Source: Burkholderiaceae bacterium
GTDB lineage: Bacteria > Pseudomonadota > Gammaproteobacteria > Burkholderiales > Burkholderiaceae
Length of the DNA: 64,000 nt
Direction of reading: 5' to 3'
Assembly: GCA_947449305.1 (NCBI GenBank)
Contig: CANFRA010000001.1
Location: 6,422 to 70,421, forward strand
Positions 54,405 through 63,622 of the stretch are shown in pieces. A program made the translations under genes and the position numbers. The notes beneath the pieces were generated by a model. That model worked only from the letters and a program-made list of their open reading frames with translations, was not told the DNA's origin and did not search any database. Positions within the stretch are counted from its first letter, which is position 1; every line of letters starts with the position of its first letter.

Positions 54405-54782
54405 TTAGGCTTGTGTAGGAGGCGCTGCTGAGGGAGGCGTTACCCAAACAGCAAGTGGCTTGGGTGATTGATAAAAGAGTTTTGGAAGCAGCGCAAAAGA
54501 ATTTGGCGCTTCAAATGTGAGGTTGGTATTAAATGCCGGGATGATGCTACTTTGAGCAACACAATCAGGACAAGTTTGCATCTGATTAGCAACTTCTTGA
54601 TCATCCATCTGTACGCTAATTTGCATCTGGTTGCCATCAGCCGAGCAAATTTCCATCGTAAAACCTTCGCCATGTTTAGCAAGCGATACTGCTTGAGAAA
54701 CTGCTGGTGCAAGCGCACTCATCGCGATTGCTATTGCAGCAATCCAGTGTACGAGTCGGCTTTTGTGGAAATTCATGATCAA
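54405..54782 (-). CDS. DUF2946 (CruR-like) protein
   Basis: N-terminal TM ending LAP, EICSADG, CPDC, C-terminal PPSAAPP; directly upstream of a TonB receptor. Confidence 0.8.
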   Translation of the reverse strand: MIMNFHKSRLVHWIAAIAIAMSALAPAVSQAVSLAKHGEGFTMEICSADGNQMQISVQMDDQEVANQMQTCPDCVAQSSIIPAFNTNLTFEAPNSFALLPKLFYQSPKPLAVWVTPPSAAPPTQA

Positions 54783-54813
54783 GAAATTTTAGCGGATTTT
54801 TGCTTTGCCATTA

Positions 54814-54837
54814 AAAAAGGGGCTTGCGCCCCTTTTT
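54814..54837 (-). terminator. Terminator after tctA
   Basis: AAAAAGGGGC-TTGC-GCCCCTTTTT. Confidence 0.85.
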
Positions 54838-54871
54838 AGATAGATCAGTCTGGCTTTTGACCAGCTAAGCT

Positions 54872-56371
54872 TTATGCTGCAGCAGCTTTTTTCTTACCAA
54901 TGACTTTACCAATCAATGGCCAGAAGAGAAGCAACAAGGCTAGAGAAGTAATGCCGCCTACCAAGTAGTTAGAGAAGAAAATATCTAGACTTCCCTGTGA
55001 GAACAACATGGATTGACGGAAAGAATCTTCTGCACGGTCGCCCAATACCAAAGCCAATACCATTGGAGCCATTGGGTAGTCGAGTTTTTTGAAGACATAG
55101 CCCAGAACACCGAAGCCCATCATCAACCAAACGTCAAACATGGCATTGTGAACAGTGTATGCACCAACCGCACAAATCACAATAATGACTGGCGCAATGA
55201 TTGAGAATGGAATTCTCAAGATAGAGGCGAACAGTGGAACGCAAGTTAAAACAACGAACAAGCCAGCCAAGTTACCCAAGTACATACTAGCGATCAAGCC
55301 CCAAACAAAGTCTGGCTTCTCTACGAAGAGTAATGGCCCTGGTTGTAAGCCCCAGATCAACAAGCCACCGAGCAATACCGCTGCTGTTGGTGATCCTGGA
55401 ATACCGAGAGACAACATTGGCAAAAGCGCAGCAGTACCTGCAGCATGAGCTGCAGTTTCTGGAGCAACAATACCTTCCATTTTGCCGGTACCAAACTTAT
55501 CACCTTCTTTAGATACGCGCTTAGCCACGCCGTAAGCCATGAAAGAAGCTGGTGTTGCACCACCTGGAGTAATACCCATCCAGCAACCAATTAAGCAACT
55601 GCGCAATGAAGTAGCCCAGTATTTTGGCAACTGCTTCCAAGTATCCCAAACCACCTGAGCACGAATCTTGGCAGCTGCACCTTTGAATGCAAGACCCTCT
55701 TCCATCGAGAGCAGAATCTCACCGATACCAAACAAGCCGATCACAGCGATCAAGAAGTCAAAGCCACGCATTAATTCTGGATTGCCGAATGTCAAGCGTA
55801 ACTGACCAGTAACGGTATCCATACCAACGGTAGCTAAGGCAAAGCCCAGCATCATTGCTGAAATAGTCTTAAATGGCGATCCTTTATTCATACCCACGAA
55901 ACTACAGAAGGTAAGCAAGTACACCGAGAAGAACTCCGGGGGACCAAACTGGAGCGCAAACTTAGCGACCAACGGCGCCAAGAAGGTAATCATCACGATG
56001 GCAAAGAACGCGCCAACGAAAGAAGATGTGAACGCTGCAGTCAATGCCTCACCAGCTTTACCATTTCGGGCCATTGGATAACCGTCAAAGGTTGTCGCAA
56101 CAGACCAGGGCTCGCCTGGAATATTAAATAAGACGGATGTAATCGCACCACCGAACAAAGCACCCCAATAAATACAGGAGAGCATGATGATGGCTGATGT
56201 TGGCGGCATGGTGAATGTCAACGGCAACAGAATGGCAATGCCGTTGGCACCACCCAATCCTGGCAATACACCAATAATCACACCCAGTGTTACTCCCACA
56301 AGCATGAGCAAGAGGTTAAATGGGGTCATTGCAACAGCAAAGCCGTTGAATAGAGCGTTAATTTCTTCCAA
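54872..56371 (-). CDS. tctA: Tripartite tricarboxylate transporter large membrane subunit TctA
   Basis: G.LPGLG, NIPGE..S..T..DGYPMA..G, LGIPGS repeat. Confidence 0.93.
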   Translation of the reverse strand: MEEINALFNGFAVAMTPFNLLLMLVGVTLGVIIGVLPGLGGANGIAILLPLTFTMPPTSAIIMLSCIYWGALFGGAITSVLFNIPGEPWSVATTFDGYPMARNGKAGEALTAAFTSSFVGAFFAIVMITFLAPLVAKFALQFGPPEFFSVYLLTFCSFVGMNKGSPFKTISAMMLGFALATVGMDTVTGQLRLTFGNPELMRGFDFLIAVIGLFGIGEILLSMEEGLAFKGAAAKIRAQVVWDTWKQLPKYWATSLRSCLIGCWMGITPGGATPASFMAYGVAKRVSKEGDKFGTGKMEGIVAPETAAHAAGTAALLPMLSLGIPGSPTAAVLLGGLLIWGLQPGPLLFVEKPDFVWGLIASMYLGNLAGLFVVLTCVPLFASILRIPFSIIAPVIIVICAVGAYTVHNAMFDVWLMMGFGVLGYVFKKLDYPMAPMVLALVLGDRAEDSFRQSMLFSQGSLDIFFSNYLVGGITSLALLLLFWPLIGKVIGKKKAAAA

Positions 56372-56404
56372 CTTGAACTCCTTTTATCTAATCTTTTTTA
56401 TTTT

Positions 56405-56932
56405 TTAGTTCACACCAACAAACTCGAGCGGATTGAACCATGAGCCATGTGGCAATGGAACCTGGAACCAGAACTCGAACATGAGGTACAGGGCTACGCT
56501 CACCCCAACAGAAACAGCAACTGCCTTCCAAATTGGATATTTTCCTAGCCACACCATAAAGATAGCGATGTAGAGGGCTGAAGAAACATAAATACCAATC
56601 AATTGCACGCCCAACACAAAAACTGTCGCAGGCAGAAGCACGGCCAAAATTTGCTTTAAAGGCTCGCTATCAACAAATGACTCTGTTTTCTTTTTCTTAT
56701 TAACGATGGCAGCTTGGTAAAGAGTGACTGTGCTTGAAAGCAGAATAATCAAGCTGATATAGAACGGGAAATATCCCGCTTCTGGGCCATCACTACCCCA
56801 ACTCGCGCCTAACTTGAGGCTCCCAATCATTACAGTTAGACCAATCGCAAGGAACACGATCGACGTGATGATATCCATTGCTCTGACGCTGATCGCCGAT
56901 TCTTGATTTGAATTATTTGTATGTTCAGACAT
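56405..56932 (-). CDS. tctB: Tripartite tricarboxylate transporter small subunit TctB
   Basis: 4-5 TMs, GP..GYFP and F.VPLP.G motifs, between tctC and tctA. Confidence 0.88.
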   Translation of the reverse strand: MSEHTNNSNQESAISVRAMDIITSIVFLAIGLTVMIGSLKLGASWGSDGPEAGYFPFYISLIILLSSTVTLYQAAIVNKKKKTESFVDSEPLKQILAVLLPATVFVLGVQLIGIYVSSALYIAIFMVWLGKYPIWKAVAVSVGVSVALYLMFEFWFQVPLPHGSWFNPLEFVGVN

Positions 56933-56971
56933 TTGCTTTGTTTATCAATAAAGTTAATTAATACACTACTT

Positions 56972-57002
56972 AAAAAATAGGACCTCCTAGTGGAGGCCCT
57001 AT
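56972..57002 (-). terminator. Intra-operon hairpin/terminator after tctC
   Basis: Minus strand ATAGGGCCTCC-ACTA-GGAGGTCCTATTTTTT. Confidence 0.65.
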
Positions 57003-57017
57003 CGGATTTCCTACAAA

Positions 57018-58022
57018 TTACTTAGCTAAGAATCCAGCTTCAGTCATTAACTGCTTATGCAAAGCTTCATTTAATGTGAGCCAGTTTCTAAACTCTTTAC
57101 CAGTCATAAATGTCTGATTGAATGCACCGTCAGCCATAAACTTCTTCCATTCTGGAGTGGCACGTACTTTTTTGAACAACTCAATATAGAAATCGACTTG
57201 CTCTTGTGTCACGCCTGGGGCCATGAAAATACCGCGCAACATAACGTAGTCAGTAGAAACGCCGGCCTCTTTACAGGTTGGAATGTCATACCATGATTGA
57301 GTATCGGTAACCTTCTCTTTGTATGGCATACGAGTGTCATCAAACACGCACAATGCACGTAATTTATTAGCACGCCATTGAGCCACCGCTTCAATTGGAT
57401 TATTCACAGAAGAGTCAATGTGATTACCAACGAGCTGAACAGCAACGTCGCCACCCCCTTTAAATGGGATGTAAGCGAACTTAGCGCCAGTTGCTTTTTC
57501 AATTGCTACTGTAATGATTTGATCTTCTTGTTTAGAGCCAGTTCCGCCCATTTTGAATTTACCCGGGCCAGCTGCTTTAGCAGCATCGATATATTCTTTG
57601 GCTGTCTTGTATGGCTTTTCTGCGTTGTCCCACAAAACAAATTGGTCAAGCGCCAACATGGCTACTGGGGTGATGTCTTGCCAGTTAAATGGAACGCCGG
57701 TTGCTAATGGAGTAGTAAACAGGTTTGAGAGTGTGATCACAATCTTATTTGGATCGCCTTTAGCCTCTTTCATTGCCAAGAAACCTTCAGCACCAGCACC
57801 AGCACCTTTGTTCACAGGAATAATGGCCTGCTTCATTAAATTATTTTTAGTGACAATGCCTTGAATCATGCGAGCCATTTGATCGGCACCACCGCCGGGA
57901 CCGGCAGGGATAATGAACTCAACTGGCTTAGTTGGTTCCCATGCAGCAAATGCAGGTGAAACGCCAGCGACACCGAGGGCTAAGGCGGTGGAAATCAATG
58001 CCCCTTTTAACTTCATCTTCAT
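57018..58022 (-). CDS. tctC: Tripartite tricarboxylate transporter substrate-binding protein TctC
   Basis: Signal peptide, P.KPVE.I.PAG.GGG.D..AR, YIPFKGGG. Confidence 0.9.
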   Translation of the reverse strand: MKMKLKGALISTALALGVAGVSPAFAAWEPTKPVEFIIPAGPGGGADQMARMIQGIVTKNNLMKQAIIPVNKGAGAGAEGFLAMKEAKGDPNKIVITLSNLFTTPLATGVPFNWQDITPVAMLALDQFVLWDNAEKPYKTAKEYIDAAKAAGPGKFKMGGTGSKQEDQIITVAIEKATGAKFAYIPFKGGGDVAVQLVGNHIDSSVNNPIEAVAQWRANKLRALCVFDDTRMPYKEKVTDTQSWYDIPTCKEAGVSTDYVMLRGIFMAPGVTQEQVDFYIELFKKVRATPEWKKFMADGAFNQTFMTGKEFRNWLTLNEALHKQLMTEAGFLAK

Positions 58023-58310
58023 TAATGCGCTCCTATAAGTGGTTTGCCAATTTATTTTTGGCTTATTGAATGTGTGTGATTTTTAAACAAGACAGGCAAC
58101 TTGAACTTGACTGCCATCAATAATTACAAAATCTATCAACGGGAGTTTTTACAACCCAGTAGAAACACCTATCATTTAAGCTAAAGACAAGTTCAGTGTA
58201 CTTACATCTAGGCTAAAAAACTGCATTTAATGTACAAAAAAGGCACAAAATGAGTATGGTTATCTATGAGGCCTATCTGAAATTGCATCTCAGTATTTAC
58301 CCTAATAGGC

Positions 58311-58386
58311 TGGTGCCGCTTGCCGGAATCGAACCGACAATCCTTTCATTACGAATGAACTGCTCTACCAGCTGAGCTAAAGCGGC
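58311..58386 (-). tRNA. tRNA-Thr(CGT)
   Basis: GCCGCTTTAGCTCAGCTGGTAGAGCAGTTCATTCGTAATGAAAGGATTGTCGGTTCGATTCCGGCAAGCGGCACCA; 76 nt, anticodon CGT. Confidence 0.93.
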
Positions 58387-58401
58387 AAATGGGTTTTGAC
58401 T

Positions 58402-58869
58402 TTAGCGGAAACGATCAAGGAGCTTTTTACTGACTTTATCAAGCTGAGTAGAGTCTTTAATAATGAATTGCAGGCCATTTGAATCTGCAATGAGTAAGGT
58501 ATTGCCAGCGATTCTGCGGATGTCTTCCTCGCCCTTGAGGCGGATACGCGTTGGACCACGATCCGTTTCAATATCCCAAATACTGGGCGTAGCAAATGTA
58601 GAGACCTGGGTAATTCTCTCAATGACCGGCATAAATTCTCGGGTAGCCAACTCTTCTTCAATGAGAGTGAGCTCTGCTTCTGGAATCAATGCGGCATCCG
58701 GAAACCAACATACTTCTTTGCCAGACTGATTCATGATGCCAATACCAGCGCTAGGTGCAGTAATCGGAAATGCTCGTACCGGATATACACCAACATGGCG
58801 CTCACCCTTTGCGTCGATAAAAATCAAGCTTCCAAGTGCATCTCGTTCTAGTTGATGGGTCTTATTCAT
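58402..58869 (-). CDS. DUF1854 family protein
   Basis: PVRAFPI, EEEL..REFMP.I..I, W..ETDRG, L..DS.G. Confidence 0.82.
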   Translation of the reverse strand: MNKTHQLERDALGSLIFIDAKGERHVGVYPVRAFPITAPSAGIGIMNQSGKEVCWFPDAALIPEAELTLIEEELATREFMPVIERITQVSTFATPSIWDIETDRGPTRIRLKGEEDIRRIAGNTLLIADSNGLQFIIKDSTQLDKVSKKLLDRFR

Positions 58870-61229
58870 ACTCCGCCCCCAATGTTCTTGGCAATGACTT
58901 CTAATTTTTCCACTTGCCTTTCTTGTTGCTTTTCTTCTGGCGACTCTTCAAGACTCTCGCCAATCGCTCCGCCCTCAACCAACTCGGCAGCATGACGCAG
59001 TTGTGCCTGATAAAGGGCGAAGTAAGCGCCCTGAGCTTCCATCAATTGCTCGTGCGAGCCAATCTCGACAATCTCGCCCTTATCAAGCACTACTAGGCGG
59101 TCGGCCTTTCTCAGGGTCGAGAGGCGATGTGCAATCGCAATAGTTGTACGACCCTTCACGAGATTATCTAATGCGCGCTGAATTTCTTTTTCAGTCGTTG
59201 TATCAACTGATGATGTCGCTTCATCCAAAATCAAGATGCTCGGGTTGATCAAGAGTGCACGTGCAATAGAGATACGTTGACGCTCGCCACCCGATAAAGA
59301 TTGACCGCGTTCACCCACTAAGGAGTCATACCCTAAGGGTAGCCTTAAAATAAAATCGTGAGCATGTGCAGCGCGTGCAGCTTCAATGATTTCTTCGCGA
59401 GTTGCATCAGCCTTTCCATAGGCGATATTCTCGGCAATCGTGCCAAAGAACAAAAATGGCTCTTGCAAGACTAAGCCAATACGCTTGCGATAGTCGGCGA
59501 TTCGAATACTCCGAATATCACGCCCATCTAATGCTATTGAACCAGCACTCACATCGTAGAAACGACAGATCAAATTCACTAAGGTACTCTTACCTGAACC
59601 GCTATGCCCTACCAAGCCAATCATTTCTCCAGGAGCAATGTCTAAATCAATCCCCTTGGATACCGCGCGATTGCCATAGCGAAAAGCAACGCCCCGTAAG
59701 GATAGGCGGCCCTGCACTGACCCCAATGGTGCTGGGTTGATGGGCTCAGGAACACTCGATACGTGATCCAAAATATCAAAAATACGCTTAGCTCCTGCAG
59801 CTGCTTTTTGGGTATGAGAAACAATTCGGCTCATCGAGTCTAGGCGAATATAAAAACGTCCGATGTAGGCCAAGAAGGCAATCAATACTCCGACCGTTAC
59901 TTTTTGATGCGCAACCTGCCAAATACCAAAACCCCAGACAACTAGTAAACCTGTTTCAGTCAGCAAAGTAACCGTAGGAGAAAATAATCCCCAGACACGG
60001 TTCACGCGATCATTGATTTGCAAGTTATGTTTATTGGAATCAACAAAACGTTTTAGTTCACGATCTTCTTGAGCAAATGCTTTGACCACCCTAATGCCCG
60101 GGATGGTATCAGCCAAGATGTTAGTTACTTCAGACCACATGCGATCAATCTTTTCAAAGCCAAAACGCAAGCGATCACGCACGACATGAATCATCCAGAC
60201 AATGAATGGCAATGGAGCTAGTGTCACCAAAGCAAGCAAAGGATCAATCGACACTAAGATTGCTGCCGTCATGGTGATCATAATGACATCGGTTATAAAA
60301 TCTAAGACATACAGGGACAAGAAAACGCAGATGCGATCAGTCTCTGCGCCAATGCGGGCAATCAAGTCGCCAGTGCGCTTGCCGCCAAAATACTCTAGAG
60401 AAAGCTTGAGTAAATGCTCAAAAGTGGTATTGCGTAAATCGGCGCCAATGCGCTCGCTCACCAAAGCAAGCAAGTAAGTTTTCCACCAACCCAAACCCCA
60501 AGCAACAATTGCAGCGCCAAACAAGGCCAGCAAATACATGCTGGCCAAATGAAAATCAATCGGGTTACCTTTCTCATATGGAATCAAGACATGATCCATC
60601 AGCGGCATCGTGAGATATGGCGGAATGAGTGTTGCGCCAGTTGATAATAAGGTCAGCACAAAACCAAGTGCGAGTTGTTTTTTATATGGCTTTGCAAAAC
60701 GCCAGAGTTTAAATAAGGTCCACGTTGAAGGGGGGGTGTCATCATCTGGATCGCAAGTAGGGCATGCATCTGAATGAGTGGGTTTTGGACTTAAGCAAAC
60801 TGGGCAAACTTGTTTGTCGTACTCGCTTGCCTCATCCTTGTTTTGCTCTTCACCTCTGGTGAGCTGCTTAAAGCTCGACTGCAGACGCAGAATCTGTGGA
60901 TTTACTGCAAGAGTGAAATACCAGGCTCGGAGTAAGCTATCAGCAGTTTCCAATCTAAGATGCCCGACTCCCGCATGGTCTCCATGAGCCAAATGTTGGC
61001 CCTGCCCTAAGGGCCAAGACTCAAATTGCAGTCCATCGGTCCAAAAAAGGCCCTCATCACTAAGCAAGAGGAGGCTTTTTTCGAAGCGCAGATCCGCATC
61101 TAAATCCAACTCAACCCATGCCAGGAAGGCATCTAGGCTGCGGATTGGGAAGTTTTTGCCCTGCAAAACCAACTGCCAATTACTTGGCAAGCTTGGTGCA
61201 AAAGGTAGAATTTCTGGCTTCATTGACAC
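58866..61229 (-). CDS. ABC exporter (TMD plus NBD) with N-terminal extension and CxxC..CxxC ribbon, cyanophycin-locus associated
   Basis: GHSGSGKS, LSGGERQR, ILDEATS, AHRLST; CPVC...CPTC before the TMD. Confidence 0.9.
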   Translation of the reverse strand: MSMKPEILPFAPSLPSNWQLVLQGKNFPIRSLDAFLAWVELDLDADLRFEKSLLLLSDEGLFWTDGLQFESWPLGQGQHLAHGDHAGVGHLRLETADSLLRAWYFTLAVNPQILRLQSSFKQLTRGEEQNKDEASEYDKQVCPVCLSPKPTHSDACPTCDPDDDTPPSTWTLFKLWRFAKPYKKQLALGFVLTLLSTGATLIPPYLTMPLMDHVLIPYEKGNPIDFHLASMYLLALFGAAIVAWGLGWWKTYLLALVSERIGADLRNTTFEHLLKLSLEYFGGKRTGDLIARIGAETDRICVFLSLYVLDFITDVIMITMTAAILVSIDPLLALVTLAPLPFIVWMIHVVRDRLRFGFEKIDRMWSEVTNILADTIPGIRVVKAFAQEDRELKRFVDSNKHNLQINDRVNRVWGLFSPTVTLLTETGLLVVWGFGIWQVAHQKVTVGVLIAFLAYIGRFYIRLDSMSRIVSHTQKAAAGAKRIFDILDHVSSVPEPINPAPLGSVQGRLSLRGVAFRYGNRAVSKGIDLDIAPGEMIGLVGHSGSGKSTLVNLICRFYDVSAGSIALDGRDIRSIRIADYRKRIGLVLQEPFLFFGTIAENIAYGKADATREEIIEAARAAHAHDFILRLPLGYDSLVGERGQSLSGGERQRISIARALLINPSILILDEATSSVDTTTEKEIQRALDNLVKGRTTIAIAHRLSTLRKADRLVVLDKGEIVEIGSHEQLMEAQGAYFALYQAQLRHAAELVEGGAIGESLEESPEEKQQERQVEKLEVIAKNIGGGV

Positions 61230-61426
61230 TAAAAGTATAGTGGAGCTAGATTTTTTAGATTTATCGCTCCTGTCAACTTTGGGGCTCTAAAAGCGTTGAT
61301 TTGTGAAAGTAGCCCTTTTTATGCATTTTTGCGTATTTTGTGAGTTTTAAATAAAAACTAGAAATAGAGAGACTGTCTGACGCGTCATAGCCAAATCCTG
61401 GCTTAAGAACTCGCAACACCCTAAAA

Positions 61427-63622
61427 ATGCCCCAATTACTAGATAAATCGATTGAGATTCTGAGTCACAGACATCTTCGCGGCCCTAATATGTGGAGCTA
61501 TAACCCGGCTTTAGAGGTTTTAATTGATATTGGAGAGCTGGAAGACTATCCATCGGACAAAATACCTGGCTTCTACGAGCGTCTTTCTGCCTGCCTTCCT
61601 AGCCTTCATGAACATCGTTGCAGCTATGGAGAGCCGGGCGGTTTTCTAAAGCGTGTTGAAGAAGGCACTTGGCCTGGTCATATCCTTGAACATCTAACCA
61701 TTGAGCTACAAAACTTAGCAGGCATTCCGGGCGGTTTTGGAAGAGCTCGGGATGGAGGACGCCGAGGCGTTTACAAGGTAATTGTCAGCGCAACGGAAGA
61801 GGCAGTAACACTGCAAGCATTTACTTACGCTCGGGATCTTTTGCTGACCTTAATTCAGGACAATGGTGATCCGATTGCGCAAAGAAATCACATCATTGAA
61901 GAGTTGCGAGAGTTAAATGATGATCTTTGCTTGGGACCTAGCACTGCTTGCATTGTAAATGCAGCCACTGCCCGTGAAATTCCCTACATCCGTTTGTCTA
62001 GTGGCAACTTAGTTCAACTTGGATATGGATCTAAACAACGCCGTATCTGGACTGCTGAAACAGACCAAACTAGCGCGATTGCCGAAACGATTTCAAGAGA
62101 TAAAGAATTAACAAAGAGTTTGTTACGAAGTGCAGGAGTTCCGACTCCAGAAGGCAGAACTGTTACCAGCCCTGATGATGCTTGGGAGGCTGCTCAAGAC
62201 ATTGGTTTACCTGTCGTAGTTAAACCAATTGATGGCAATCACGGTCGCGGTGTGTTCATAAACCTTTACACCCAACAAGAGATTGAAGCTGCTTATGCAG
62301 TAGCCATTGATGAAGGCAGTGAAGTGCTTGTTGAGCGTCACATTGTTGGCGATGAACATCGTCTTCTTGTAGTTGGTAATAAAGTTGTTGCGGCAGCAAA
62401 AGGCGAAACGGTCTGGGTTACCGGTAATGGCAAACACACTATTCGTGAACTCATTCAAATACAAATTAATTCCGATCCACGTCGTGGAAATGCAGAAGAG
62501 CATCCACTGAATCCTGTAAAAATTGATTCGGCAGTAGAGCTAGAGCTTGCGCGTCAACAGCTGACTGGCGAGAGTGTCCCAACGTTAGATCAAAAAGTGC
62601 TGATTCAGAGCAATGGCAACGTCGCTTTTGACGTCACTGACTTAGTTCATCCAGATGTTGCCTATCAAGTAGCTTTGGCAGCGCGCGTAGTTGGCCTTGA
62701 GATTGCTGGCATAGATTTAGTCGCACAAGATATTGGCCGCCCATTAGCCGAGCAAAATGCTGCCATTGTGGAAGTAAACGCTGGTCCAGGCCTTCTCATG
62801 CATTTAAAGCCAGCCAGTGGTAAACCACAACCGGTTGGCGAAGCAATTGCGGAGCACCTGTTCCCGCCCAGTGTTGACTTTCGCATTCCTATTATTGGTA
62901 TTAGTGGTAGCAAGGGTAGAACAATCACTGCTGAGATGGTGGCACATTTTGCAAGACTCACTAATGTGCATGTTGGATTGTCATCCAGCAAAGATTTATA
63001 TTTTGGTAATCGATCTATTAGCCGTACCTCCAAATCCAATTGGGAAAATGGTAGACGCACACTGCAAAACAGAACAATAGAGCTAGCAGTTATCGAAAAT
63101 GACAATGCTTCACTCTTGCTCGAAGGCTTATCCTATGATCAATGTCATGTAGGGGTAGTTCTCAATGTAGATCCTCAAGGCCTATTTCCTGAATACTATA
63201 TTAGCGATGAAGATCAACTGTTTAATGTCATGCGTACTCAAGTAGATGTGGTATTACCTAATGGCGTTTGTGTTTTAAATGCAGATGATCCGATGATTAT
63301 TAAAATGACTGAGCTATGCAAAGGCGAGGTTATGTATTTCTCAGAAAATAGTAATTCAAATGTCATTACTGAGCATCAAAAAAAGAAGGGGCGTCACATT
63401 ATTGCTACCCCCATAGCCATCACCCTCATGCAAGGCGATTCAGAAAGCCTGGTTATCCCAGTGCCCCCTTTTATTCAGAATTATCCGAAGTCAGAGTGGG
63501 CCCCACATTTAAGTCTTGCTGCAGCAATCGGTACCGCTTGGGCTCTAGAGATTCCATTTAGCATTATTAAAGCAGGTGTGGAAACCTTCATGCCCGATGT
63601 CATCAATACCTCAGGGGTCTAA
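61427..63622 (+). CDS. cphA: Cyanophycin synthetase paralogue (CphA'-type; degenerate, truncated Mur-ligase domain)
   Basis: LRGPN.W, HRCSYG..GGF..R..EGTW.GH..EH, LGPST, QLGYG, KP.DGNHGRGV, EVNAGPGL.MH. Confidence 0.88.
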   Translation: MPQLLDKSIEILSHRHLRGPNMWSYNPALEVLIDIGELEDYPSDKIPGFYERLSACLPSLHEHRCSYGEPGGFLKRVEEGTWPGHILEHLTIELQNLAGIPGGFGRARDGGRRGVYKVIVSATEEAVTLQAFTYARDLLLTLIQDNGDPIAQRNHIIEELRELNDDLCLGPSTACIVNAATAREIPYIRLSSGNLVQLGYGSKQRRIWTAETDQTSAIAETISRDKELTKSLLRSAGVPTPEGRTVTSPDDAWEAAQDIGLPVVVKPIDGNHGRGVFINLYTQQEIEAAYAVAIDEGSEVLVERHIVGDEHRLLVVGNKVVAAAKGETVWVTGNGKHTIRELIQIQINSDPRRGNAEEHPLNPVKIDSAVELELARQQLTGESVPTLDQKVLIQSNGNVAFDVTDLVHPDVAYQVALAARVVGLEIAGIDLVAQDIGRPLAEQNAAIVEVNAGPGLLMHLKPASGKPQPVGEAIAEHLFPPSVDFRIPIIGISGSKGRTITAEMVAHFARLTNVHVGLSSSKDLYFGNRSISRTSKSNWENGRRTLQNRTIELAVIENDNASLLLEGLSYDQCHVGVVLNVDPQGLFPEYYISDEDQLFNVMRTQVDVVLPNGVCVLNADDPMIIKMTELCKGEVMYFSENSNSNVITEHQKKKGRHIIATPIAITLMQGDSESLVIPVPPFIQNYPKSEWAPHLSLAAAIGTAWALEIPFSIIKAGVETFMPDVINTSGV

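Noticed and set aside
58311-58386. tRNA-Thr as a second integration site
   Set aside because: No duplicate of its 3' end and no integrase found nearby
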